Positions 17,713 to 25,327 of a stretch of 34,889 nucleotides of DNA are shown here, piece after piece. The translations under genes and the position numbers were made by a program. Position 1 is the first letter of the stretch. Every line of letters starts with the position of its first letter. Origin of the DNA: an uncultured Bacillota bacterium (GTDB lineage Bacteria; Bacillota; Clostridia; Christensenellales; UBA1242); NCBI GenBank assembly GCA_947090235.1, contig CAMUNJ010000001.1, forward strand, positions 1-34,889, written 5' to 3'. The notes below the pieces were generated by a model. The model had not been told where the DNA came from, made no database searches, and saw only the letters and a program-made list of their open reading frames with translations.

Positions 17713-18111
17713 ATGTTATATCCCACTTTAAATCAACCTTATGTATTTTTTGTTATTCTACTTGCCGGATTGGTTAGTGGCTTTTTGTTTGACTTATCTA
17801 ATTTTTTGAATATCTTTTTTAATCGCAACAAGGTAACCAAACAAATTTTATATTTTTTAGCAACCATTTCAAGTGCATTTCTACTAGTATTATGCAACAT
17901 TTTATGCAACTATGGAATTTTTAGAATTTTTATAATCTTAACTTTTCTCACAGCCTTTATTCTTCAAAGATTTACATTAGGATCTTTGATAAGCGTAGCA
18001 ATAAGCAAGGTAAGTAAGATCAAACTTCCAAAACTAAAACTTCGCAAAACAAAAACCTCCTCCAGCGAGACGGTACAAGAAAACCTTAACGATAATTCTC
18101 CTCTAAAATAA
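17713..18111 (+). CDS. yabQ: spore cortex biosynthesis protein YabQ-like (3-4 TM)
   Basis: Position after yabP and small hydrophobic character. Start placed at ATG 17713 (AAGGA upstream); the track start at 17644 adds a Lys-rich non-hydrophobic leader with no RBS. Confidence 0.5.
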   Translation: MLYPTLNQPYVFFVILLAGLVSGFLFDLSNFLNIFFNRNKVTKQILYFLATISSAFLLVLCNILCNYGIFRIFIILTFLTAFILQRFTLGSLISVAISKVSKIKLPKLKLRKTKTSSSETVQENLNDNSPLK

Positions 18112-18247
18112 CCACTTGCGAATTGGCATCGGGAATTTTATCTAAATCATTTTGTTTTTGAGAAATCAAAATGCTTGTGACTAAAACTGCCACAAAAAGC
18201 AATACTATAAAAATAACACATAAAATTGTATGTTTTTTATCTTTCAT
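18086..18247 (-). CDS. possible 53-aa single-TM protein (not in the ORF track)
   Basis: Hand translation MKDKKHTILCVIFIVLLFVAVLVTSILISQKQNDLDKIPDANSQVVILEENYR. TATAAT lies 9 nt upstream of the ATG, and there is no SD. It overlaps the 3' end of yabQ convergently. Confidence 0.3.
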   Translation of the reverse strand: MKDKKHTILCVIFIVLLFVAVLVTSILISQKQNDLDKIPDANSQVVILEENYR

Positions 18248-18344
18248 TATATTTAGATTATACTACAAAACATAGTTATTTCAAACATATTTAAAGAAAA
18301 GCAAAAATTTAAATAAAATTTTTTAAAATTTTGTTGATAATTTA

Positions 18345-18373
18345 TTGACAACTGCAAAAAAATTTGATATTAT
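18345..18373 (+). promoter_or_regulatory. sigma-A type promoter for tRNA-Asn
   Basis: TTGACA (18345-18350), 17 nt, TATTAT (18368-18373). Confidence 0.65.
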
Positions 18374-18407
18374 AGCCTTGCATTAAAAAATTAATGCATC
18401 CCTCTAA

Positions 18408-18483
18408 TCCCCTATAGCTCAGTCGGTAGAGCACTCGGCTGTTAACCGAGTTGTCGTAGGTTCGAGTCCTACTGGGGGAGCCA
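18408..18483 (+). tRNA. tRNA-Asn (anticodon GUU), CCA encoded
   Basis: 76 nt. Acceptor TCCCCTA/TGGGGGA; D-arm GCTC-AGTCGGTA-GAGC; anticodon arm CTCGG-CTGTTAA-CCGAG; T-arm GTAGG-TTCGAGT-CCTAC; discriminator G; CCA. Confidence 0.92.
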
Positions 18484-18582
18484 AAGTATTTTCCTTAGGA
18501 AATTTTCCTAGGGATTTTTATTTTTCTTAAGGGTCTGCAACAACCAAAAAGCAGGCACCCTTCTTCGCCCGCTTTTTATATG

Positions 18583-18615
18583 TTCGTACTTGTTTGAGTT
18601 CTACTGGAAAAGCCA
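18583..18615 (+). other. degenerate duplicate of the tRNA-Asn 3' end
   Basis: GAGTTCTACTGGAAAAGCCA versus the tRNA tail GAGTCCTACTGGGGGAGCCA (16 of 20 identical), with TCGTA upstream also shared. Confidence 0.45.
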
Positions 18616-18622
18616 TACTACC

Positions 18623-18650
18623 AAAAACTAAGATTGAATCTTAGTTTTTT
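18623..18650. terminator. bidirectional intrinsic terminator
   Basis: AAAAACTAAGAT-tga-ATCTTAGTTTTT. Confidence 0.65.
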
Positions 18651-18671
18651 AATTTAGATAAATTGACAAAT

Positions 18672-18693
18672 AAAAAGCCTAGCAATCGCTAGG
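18672..18693 (-). terminator. terminator after the lipoprotein gene
   Basis: Plus strand AAAAAGCCTAGC-aatc-GCTAGG. On the minus strand the stem is followed by TTTTT. Confidence 0.6.
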
Positions 18694-18699
18694 TTTTAT

Positions 18700-19215
18700 T
18701 TACACTTGTGGTGCAGGCTCTAAAGTGAAGGCAGACTGATCTACTATAAATTTATATTTCACTTGAGTGTCTTTATTCCAGTTTATTGTCAATGTAAAAT
18801 CCTGACTTTGTTCACTGATAGATTTTATTAATGTAAATGTATTTTGATTTCCATTATCAAATGGTCTAACAGTGTTTGAATTTACAAGGTAAGTTGAATC
18901 TTCTGGCACAACTCCACTTTCATGATTTACAGTTATCGCTACATAGTGTTTTGTATCTGCATTACCATAATACAATGCTTTTCCTGTATTATCATCATAT
19001 TTAACAGTTCCTGTCAGTTTCCAAACTCCGTTGAAACCTTCCTCATCACTTTGTTTTTCCCAAGTTGATGCGGCTACCGAATAATTGTTGTTATCATAAG
19101 TGCCACTATATTGACCAAACGATACAAGTTCACTTTTTCCACAACCTACAAATCCCACTGCTGCCAATGCACACATTCCTAAAGCACCAAGTTTAACCAA
19201 TGTTTTACTTTTCAT
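18700..19215 (-). CDS. lipoprotein, unknown function
   Basis: Signal peptide with lipobox (ALAAVGFVG-C). The mature part is beta-rich. Confidence 0.65.
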   Translation of the reverse strand: MKSKTLVKLGALGMCALAAVGFVGCGKSELVSFGQYSGTYDNNNYSVAASTWEKQSDEEGFNGVWKLTGTVKYDDNTGKALYYGNADTKHYVAITVNHESGVVPEDSTYLVNSNTVRPFDNGNQNTFTLIKSISEQSQDFTLTINWNKDTQVKYKFIVDQSAFTLEPAPQV

Positions 19216-19287
19216 TTAAATTCCTCCCGCTGTTATTGTGTGCAGAAAATCATTTTTTATTCTTTATTAATCTTTTACTTTTTATTA

Positions 19288-20328
19288 TTATCTTTTCAGC
19301 CCTTTAAGTCCATTTTTTGCAAGATTATAGTTTTGAAAGACTGGGTCATTTGTCACTTCTTTTCCAAACCAGTCAGGAGGATAAAAATCTTTTGCGTCTT
19401 GAGTACTTTCAAACTCAACTTCAACAATTTTTAAACCTTCCAAAGTTCCATGATATATATTTATCTCTGCGATACATTCATTCCCATTTACTGGATTTAA
19501 AGTATAAAATGATCTTGTTTTTTCTATTATGCCATGGCTACAATCTTTAAATAGGTTGACAAATGTATTTTTATCAATTGCTTTTTCCATTTCGTGACGC
19601 TCTATACCATTGCCCAACTTTTCGGTATAAAAGAATTGTTTGTTATCTACACTTCTAACTCGCTTTTCTGGGTTTTGACCTTCAAAATATGCTTGCATTA
19701 TTTCAACTTTATTTTTTATATCTTTTGGCATTTTATCAACGATAAACTTACGCTCTATCTCTTTATTTTGAAATTTTCGCTTTTCTAACAAACCAATCAA
19801 GTCACAAGTTATTATTTGCATACAAGGATCTGTCGACTTTAGTTCTTTCAACTTGACATTCATATCTTTCATCAATTTATATATGTCTTGTTCATCCTCT
19901 TTTGCTTGATCTACCGTTTGATATCTACCTATCTCTTTATATTCATGATTACGCCAGATAAAATAATTTAAGTTTTCAAACTTATCCACACAATCTTTTA
20001 CTAAAGGAATCATAACATCTTGAGATATTGTTGATTTATGATTTTTTATTAATCTTGTGTTATAAAAAGCCGAAAGATAAAGCGGACTATCACAAATCAA
20101 AACCTCCACCTCTTTTCTTGTCACACGCATATTATACCATTGATTAGCAAATATATATAACTGATCATCTATAGCCGTTTGATTTTTCTCATATACTCTT
20201 TGTTTAACAAACTCCGAAATATATTCGCAATTAACGCCAATCTTTTTTAAATAACCAGCAAGATCATAAGCAATTGTGCTTTTCCCGCTTCCTGGACCTC
20301 CTAGCAAATTGATAACTATTTGTTTCAT
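19288..20328 (-). CDS. fusion protein: P-loop kinase-like (AAA_28/NadR-RNK-like) N-domain + CYTH (triphosphate tunnel) C-domain
   Basis: Walker A GGPGSGKST. DSP...Y segment LICDSPLYLSAFY. The CYTH signature EIERKFIV starts the C-domain, and VEVEFES..PPDWFGKEVTNDPVFQNYNLA closes it. Start at ATG 20328 after GGAGGAA (the track start is a GTG inside the RBS). Confidence 0.7.
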   Translation of the reverse strand: MKQIVINLLGGPGSGKSTIAYDLAGYLKKIGVNCEYISEFVKQRVYEKNQTAIDDQLYIFANQWYNMRVTRKEVEVLICDSPLYLSAFYNTRLIKNHKSTISQDVMIPLVKDCVDKFENLNYFIWRNHEYKEIGRYQTVDQAKEDEQDIYKLMKDMNVKLKELKSTDPCMQIITCDLIGLLEKRKFQNKEIERKFIVDKMPKDIKNKVEIMQAYFEGQNPEKRVRSVDNKQFFYTEKLGNGIERHEMEKAIDKNTFVNLFKDCSHGIIEKTRSFYTLNPVNGNECIAEINIYHGTLEGLKIVEVEFESTQDAKDFYPPDWFGKEVTNDPVFQNYNLAKNGLKGLKR

Positions 20329-20366
20329 AAATTCCTCCACTATAAATACTTATTTTTTTATAACGA

Positions 20367-20385
20367 ATGCGTAAATTTTACACAT
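20367..20385. promoter_or_regulatory. 7-5-7 palindromic operator upstream of the kinase::CYTH gene
   Basis: ATGCGTA-aattt-TACaCAT (one mismatch), 4-5 nt upstream (minus-strand sense) of a TATAAA -10-like hexamer. Confidence 0.55.
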
Positions 20386-20417
20386 AATCATTCCTTTTTA
20401 AAAGTGCTTTCGCACTT

Positions 20418-21092
20418 TTATATAACATTTACTTTTTTTATATCCTTTGCAAAACGGTAAAGTTTAGCCGGCTTTGTTTGAGGCTTTTCTTGTATCATTC
20501 CTGTATCTTCTATTATATGAAGAGCAAGAAGACGCTTTCTAAAATTTCGACGGTCTATTTTTTTATTTAAAATCCCCTCATATGCCTTATGCACTTCGGG
20601 AATTGTAAAAGTTTCTGGGAAAAGATCTTTTAAAATAGTGCTATCAAATATTTGTTCCTTCAAATATTCAATTGCCTTTTCAAGAATTTCCTTATGATCG
20701 TAGCCAAGTTCTGGCACGCGGTCAATCAAAAACCAATCTGCATCTTGAGTATGACTTGTTTCTTTAATTATTTTTACTCTTTTGCAATCAATCACTCCTA
20801 CATGAGCAATCCCTATCATTCTCATAATTGGACTTCTGTCTGGACGAGAAAATACGTCAAACATTTTATATCTAATATTTTTCATACCCGTTTTTTCAAA
20901 AATTTCTCTATCCATAGCAGTTTTAACATCCTCGTTATTGTATGCAGCCCCACCAACCAAGATCCACTTATCTTTATATGGTTGATTTTTTCGTTTTATC
21001 AACAAAACCTTAAATTTACCATCTTCAACTGTAAACAATGCTAACATAACATGAATACCTTGATTTTTATAAAGCGGATTGCTTTTGTCCAT
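20418..21092 (-). CDS. nrtR: NrtR-like regulator (Nudix domain + C-terminal winged HTH)
   Basis: Nudix box with a degenerate catalytic pair (GGAAYNNEDVKTAMDREIFEKTG). The C-terminal FTIPEVHKAYEGILNKKIDRRNFRKRLL...KPAKLYRF matches the NrtR wHTH pattern. Confidence 0.7.
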   Translation of the reverse strand: MDKSNPLYKNQGIHVMLALFTVEDGKFKVLLIKRKNQPYKDKWILVGGAAYNNEDVKTAMDREIFEKTGMKNIRYKMFDVFSRPDRSPIMRMIGIAHVGVIDCKRVKIIKETSHTQDADWFLIDRVPELGYDHKEILEKAIEYLKEQIFDSTILKDLFPETFTIPEVHKAYEGILNKKIDRRNFRKRLLALHIIEDTGMIQEKPQTKPAKLYRFAKDIKKVNVI

Positions 21093-21112
21093 TGCAGCCT
21101 CCTTATGGTTTT

Positions 21113-21141
21113 ATTATATGCGTAAAAAATACGCATGTCAA
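21113..21141 (-). promoter_or_regulatory. nrtR-like promoter with the operator filling the spacer
   Basis: Minus strand TTGAC[ATGCGTAttttttACGCAT]ATAAT. The -35 is TTGACA (21141-21136) and the -10 is TATAAT (21118-21113). The perfect palindrome at 21118-21136 occupies the 17-nt spacer. AAGGAGG RBS lies downstream. Confidence 0.7.
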
Positions 21142-21207
21142 GGATTTTTAATAACATTTTAAATTTTTATAAACAAAAAAAACACCACAATAGCGGTGTT
21201 TTTTATT

Positions 21208-21441
21208 TTAATCAATCCATAATACTTTATCGCTAACAATGATTGTGATAATATCTACAACCCAAAGAATAACTGGGCAGAAAATTATCATAAGCACTGC
21301 AAGAACAATTCCTACAACTGAATTTTTAGATATTGATCTACAAAGACGATAGATTGCCCAGATAATATCTAAAACTGGAAGTGCTAAAATAACTTTTACA
21401 ATCTTTGGAAGTCCATCCATACTTTTAACTAATTCGTTCAT
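21208..21441 (-). CDS. small two-TM membrane protein
   Basis: 77 aa with two hydrophobic helices. A terminator hairpin follows at 21174-21206. Confidence 0.5.
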   Translation of the reverse strand: MNELVKSMDGLPKIVKVILALPVLDIIWAIYRLCRSISKNSVVGIVLAVLMIIFCPVILWVVDIITIIVSDKVLWID

Positions 21442-21526
21442 ATTTTTATCTCCTTTTTTGATTACATTACTATATTATGCTCCGTTATACAAAAAAGTAT
21501 AAATTATTTTGACTTATTTTGTCACT

Positions 21527-22297
21527 TTATTTTTTGCGCTGCGAATAAACAATCTTTTTTGTCTGCTTATTCAATATATGTTTATGTATTGCTTTATAAA
21601 TAAGATTATATATAACACAAATCAAAACCATAGAAGCAATGCCTATCATAAATAAAACCACATTATACCAAATTTGACCAGCATACAATCTAAAATCTTC
21701 TAGTGGTTTGAATTGGCTAAACAAAATGTTTGCATAATTTGAATTTAGCATATAAGCACAAGGTGCTGCATAACAAACATAAAGCACAACCCCTCCTACC
21801 ACATTTATGCAATCTCTAAATTTAGGTTTGTAATCATTTAGTGCAATTGTAAAAATCATATATGCAATTACGGCGTGATGAAAAAAGAAGGTATGAAAAT
21901 TATGGAACGAACCAAAAACATCTCCCGTTGATGTTCCAATCAACCCCAATGGATTAGCATAAGTTAATGCAGTAACTGCAACAGCATAACAAAAAGCCAT
22001 TGGTTTAAAAACATTTCCGACTCTCTCACCTAAAAGTTGAGAAAGAGGAAAGAGAACTACAAACAAAGAACAAAAATGCAAAGGCAATACATAAAAGTTG
22101 AAATCTGGTTTACCTGCATATAAACTTTGTTTTGCAATTTCAAGACCTAGCACCAATAAAGAAATCAGTATCAAAGGTATTCGTTTTATCCAACCCTCTT
22201 TTTTTCGCAACAAAAACCTTGCTGCCAAAGCAAGCAAAACCAAGCCAAGCAGCACAAGAGGTAAAACTATAACATCACTTCTAGTCCATTTAAACAT
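21527..22297 (-). CDS. polytopic membrane protein (YwaF/TIGR02206-like?)
   Basis: 256 aa, about 7 TM. The family assignment is a guess from size and topology only. Confidence 0.5.
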   Translation of the reverse strand: MFKWTRSDVIVLPLVLLGLVLLALAARFLLRKKEGWIKRIPLILISLLVLGLEIAKQSLYAGKPDFNFYVLPLHFCSLFVVLFPLSQLLGERVGNVFKPMAFCYAVAVTALTYANPLGLIGTSTGDVFGSFHNFHTFFFHHAVIAYMIFTIALNDYKPKFRDCINVVGGVVLYVCYAAPCAYMLNSNYANILFSQFKPLEDFRLYAGQIWYNVVLFMIGIASMVLICVIYNLIYKAIHKHILNKQTKKIVYSQRKK

Positions 22298-22619
22298 AAT
22301 TGTAATATATCACATACAAAAGAGAAAAACAAGATATTTGATAAATTTTTTATTCAAATTAGTTTGGATACTATTTAAAATTAAATTAGCCTAATTCAAA
22401 AAAAACAAACACAAGAAAATTCGACACTTAATTTTATTTTTTTACAAAATGTGACAACAATCTCATTTTAAAACCATAAAAAAACCTTTTTCATAGCAAA
22501 ACGACATAAAAACTCAAGACTAATCACGCGAAAAATACTAGAAAAAAGGTGAAAATTTTAGAATTTGGTCGATTTTTGTAAAATAAACTTAATTATTTTA
22601 AAATATTTTTAAAAATTGT

Positions 22620-22648
22620 TTTACATTTTCACTTTTACATTGTATAAT
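22620..22648 (+). promoter_or_regulatory. promoter of the Spo0A_C-like gene
   Basis: TTTACA (22620-22625), 17 nt, TATAAT (22643-22648). GGAG at 22669-22672. Confidence 0.55.
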
Positions 22649-22678
22649 CATACTTGTAAATCAAAAAAGGAGTATTTT

Positions 22679-23155
22679 ATGATAATTGATGAAAAAACTA
22701 TTATTTTAGATGAAATCACCGACCTACTTATTTCCACAGGAATGCCATCGCACATTCAAGGATTTGAATATATTAAAGATGGAATATATGAAGCCGTTGT
22801 AAATCCCGGAATATTAAACAATATGACAAAAGTATTTTACCCAACTATTGCCGAACACTTTAATACAACTGCCGAAAGCGTTGAAAGAAATATTAGAAAT
22901 TGTATAACAAAAGCCTATGCTTCTGGTTCTCTTTTTCAATCACCTGACTTTAAAACTAGCAATTGTGTTGATTTAACACAAAATCATTGTAATAGTTATG
23001 TTATTTCAAACTATTCTAGAGCAATTAAAAAGCGTATGAACGATAGATACGAACATATCGAAGCAGTTAAAAACGGAATCGCTCGTGCCGAGAGAATCGA
23101 AGCCTTAGAAAAAGAACTTGCTAAATATAAACTTATATATGGCGAATTGACATAA
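22679..23155 (+). CDS. stand-alone Spo0A C-terminal (DNA-binding) domain protein
   Basis: 158 aa from ATG 22679. GMPSHIQGFEYIKDGIYEAV...VFYPTIAEHFNTTAESVERNIRNCITKAY matches the Spo0A_C effector domain. It has no receiver domain and has a C-terminal coiled-coil tail. Confidence 0.7.
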   Translation: MIIDEKTIILDEITDLLISTGMPSHIQGFEYIKDGIYEAVVNPGILNNMTKVFYPTIAEHFNTTAESVERNIRNCITKAYASGSLFQSPDFKTSNCVDLTQNHCNSYVISNYSRAIKKRMNDRYEHIEAVKNGIARAERIEALEKELAKYKLIYGELT

Positions 23156-23159
23156 ATGT

Positions 23160-23294
23160 TTATACTCCTTTTATACCCTCAACTCTAGTTACCCAAAATT
23201 TTTCTTGCATTCCTCCTTCCATTGTCCAAGTGCCAGCTGAGGTGTTTAAAGTAAAAATGTATCCTCTTCCAACCGAAATTTTATTTTGGTCTTG
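23160..23294 (-). other. in-frame 44-codon continuation after the TAA of the coiled-coil gene
   Basis: Hand translation QDQNKISVGRGYIFTLNTSAGTWTMEGGMQEKFWVTRVEGIKGV* in the same frame as 23295-24383. Confidence 0.5.
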
Positions 23295-24383
23295 TTAAAG
23301 CATACCTTTCCAAGCATAAAATATTCTACCTGCTGCCGCAACTGAGAAAATAGTAAAGTCATCTGTAGGACGATTATTTTTAGGTATTTCTAAATAACCA
23401 AAAGCGGCAACACATTTTGCATAAATGCGGATAGAATCATAATTTTCTGTCCAAGTAAAATTTTTGCCTCCAATCATTCCACCTTGAAAACCTTTGTTTA
23501 AGTTTGGGTCACTGCTTGTACTATCATAAATCACTTCAATAGTTCGTCCGCCACCACCAGATGGCTTGTTTTCAAGATTGACAACTCTATTTGTTAAACT
23601 ACTTAAATTTGATGTATTGGTAGATATCTTGTTTGTGTTGGAAGATATGTTTGTTCTCTGTGTAGACAATTCACTATTTATGTCTATCAAATCATTATCA
23701 ATATTGGTCAATCTTACAATATGATTAGATAATTCGGTTGTATTATTTTCAACACTCTGTTTTAAACCTGTTATGCTTTGAGAATTTTTAGAAATTTCCA
23801 ACTGGTTGGTTAAAATGTTTTCGGTGTTGTTTTTTATTGTACTTTTAAGGCTTCCCAGTTCACTTGAAAAACCATTAACAGCCTCTTCACTAGATTCTAC
23901 TTTTGCTTGCAATGTGCTTATTGCAGAATTGCAGTTATCTACATTTGTGTTTAGTTTAGTTAAATCTTCATTTTGTTTTTGTATAGCAGAACTATTATTG
24001 CCAATCAATTCTTGATGACTTTGCAATTTTGTGGAGTGAGAATTCAACACACTCTCACAAGAAGAAATTTTATTTCCTTGTGTTTGTATCAAACCTTCAA
24101 CATTGTCTATATCAGTTTGCAATAAAGAGATATCTGCTTGCTGGCTTTGAGATTTTGTTTGCAAATCTTGTATGTTTGTTTTTACTGTACCTATCTCTTG
24201 TTGTAAAGTTTCTACCTTTGCTATAGTGTCGTTTATCTTTTTTTCTAACTCTTGAATCTTTTCTTTATTCCCGCCCGCAGCCAAAAGTTCTTCCTTTAAA
24301 GAAGGAAGGGCATTTTTTACTAAAAACCACACCTCCCTTTCAAGTTGTTCAAGTTTGTCTTTCATTTGATCTTGTTTTTGCAT
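23295..24383 (-). CDS. long coiled-coil protein with a C-terminal globular beta-rich domain (truncated by TAA)
   Basis: 362 aa. About 270 aa of heptad-like Q/N/S/T/L-rich repeats, a GGGG linker, then TIEVIYDSTSS...RIFYAWKGML. No signal peptide. Confidence 0.65.
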   Translation of the reverse strand: MQKQDQMKDKLEQLEREVWFLVKNALPSLKEELLAAGGNKEKIQELEKKINDTIAKVETLQQEIGTVKTNIQDLQTKSQSQQADISLLQTDIDNVEGLIQTQGNKISSCESVLNSHSTKLQSHQELIGNNSSAIQKQNEDLTKLNTNVDNCNSAISTLQAKVESSEEAVNGFSSELGSLKSTIKNNTENILTNQLEISKNSQSITGLKQSVENNTTELSNHIVRLTNIDNDLIDINSELSTQRTNISSNTNKISTNTSNLSSLTNRVVNLENKPSGGGGRTIEVIYDSTSSDPNLNKGFQGGMIGGKNFTWTENYDSIRIYAKCVAAFGYLEIPKNNRPTDDFTIFSVAAAGRIFYAWKGML

Positions 24384-24455
24384 ATTTCCTCCTAATGAGA
24401 AAATATTAAAATATAATTTTCAAAAATTCAATACTTACTGCCAAATATATAATTT

Positions 24456-25103
24456 TTACTCCCCTCTTTTTTGCTTTTTTGTCTTCTTCATAAATATCAG
24501 CAATAAAATTATTGTCACGCAAGAAACCGCCACAACTATCCCAGTAATAACCCCAGCGTTTATTCCATAAGGTGCAAGTTGTTTAGTTTTTATCTTGCCA
24601 TAAAATAAACTTCCATCCTCATCAACAAAACAAACACATGTAAACTCTGCTTTTTTTATATAACCTTCGTATAAATACAATTCTTTGCCTTTGCTCAAAA
24701 TTTTATTTGTTGGACTTTCATCCAAATTATAAACAATCACATCATTTTCAATAACCGATGCATTGAAAACTGGATATACCTCTTGTGTAAGTTCATTGTA
24801 TGTCACATATCTAGCATATACAAAGCCTTGATAACTTTCCTCATTTATATATTCTATCTTTATAAAACCTTGATCTTCATCTTGTAAAACTTTAAGTTTT
24901 TCGCCATGCTTTATTATCAAATTTTCTTGGCTATTGTTTTTAATAGGATTGTCGAAACTTTTATCTTCAAATAAAAAACATTGAGAGGCTACAACTTGAA
25001 CATACCTATCTTCAGCAAAAACAACTTCCTGTCCAGCAAACATAGGAAATAAAAACATAAAACATAAAAGTAAAGATAACAAACAAAAAACTTTCAATTT
25101 CAT
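24456..25103 (-). CDS. secreted/anchored protein: signal peptide, SH3b-like repeats, C-terminal TM anchor
   Basis: N-terminal signal peptide. Two beta-rich modules (GFIKIEY..GFVYARYV and LFYGKIKTKQL). TM segment GVITGIVVAVSCVTIILLLIF followed by a KKTKKQKR stop-transfer. Confidence 0.55.
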   Translation of the reverse strand: MKLKVFCLLSLLLCFMFLFPMFAGQEVVFAEDRYVQVVASQCFLFEDKSFDNPIKNNSQENLIIKHGEKLKVLQDEDQGFIKIEYINEESYQGFVYARYVTYNELTQEVYPVFNASVIENDVIVYNLDESPTNKILSKGKELYLYEGYIKKAEFTCVCFVDEDGSLFYGKIKTKQLAPYGINAGVITGIVVAVSCVTIILLLIFMKKTKKQKRGE

Positions 25104-25297
25104 AATAAAATATTAACATAAAAATTTTTTTAAGTAAAGTTTTTTGTTGATAGATAAAAAATTATAAACTCAAACATTTAGTCCGCATGCTTATCTCACA
25201 AGAATCACTCCCAAACCTTAAACTTTTATATTATGATTGATTCCGGACATAGCGGGGGTGATGTCAAGATAGGACGGTAGGCTTTTGAAATACATAT

Positions 25298-25327
25298 AAA
25301 AAAGCATATCAATTTGATATGCTTTTT
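25298..25327. terminator. bidirectional terminator after the radical SAM gene
   Basis: AAAAAA-GCATATC-aattt-GATATGC-TTTTT, overlapping the stop codon at 25326-25328. Confidence 0.7.

Noticed and set aside
10336-22574. 9-mer TGGTCGATT seen three times (10336-10344, 11090-11098, 22566-22574), two copies flanking the element's XRE gene
   Set aside because: There is no consistent spacing, orientation partner or adjacent motif. Three occurrences of one 9-mer in 35 kb could be chance, and I could not scan exhaustively by eye.
23295-23297. Possibility that the in-frame TAA reflects an alternative genetic code
   Set aside because: Other genes in the window, including conserved ones such as dnaA (33357-33359), terminate at TAA at the expected protein ends. 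Conserved proteins (UvrA, DnaA, DnaN, RecF, AsnRS) are full-length under the standard code.
25241-25283. GC-rich patch (TTCCGGACATAGCGGGGGTGATGTCAAGATAGGACGGTAGGC) in an AT-rich spacer, considered as a riboswitch, sRNA or RiPP precursor
   Set aside because: I could not fold it into a convincing conserved structure or match it to a known riboswitch core. The only ORFs are 8 and 15 codons long without RBS. It is left unassigned.
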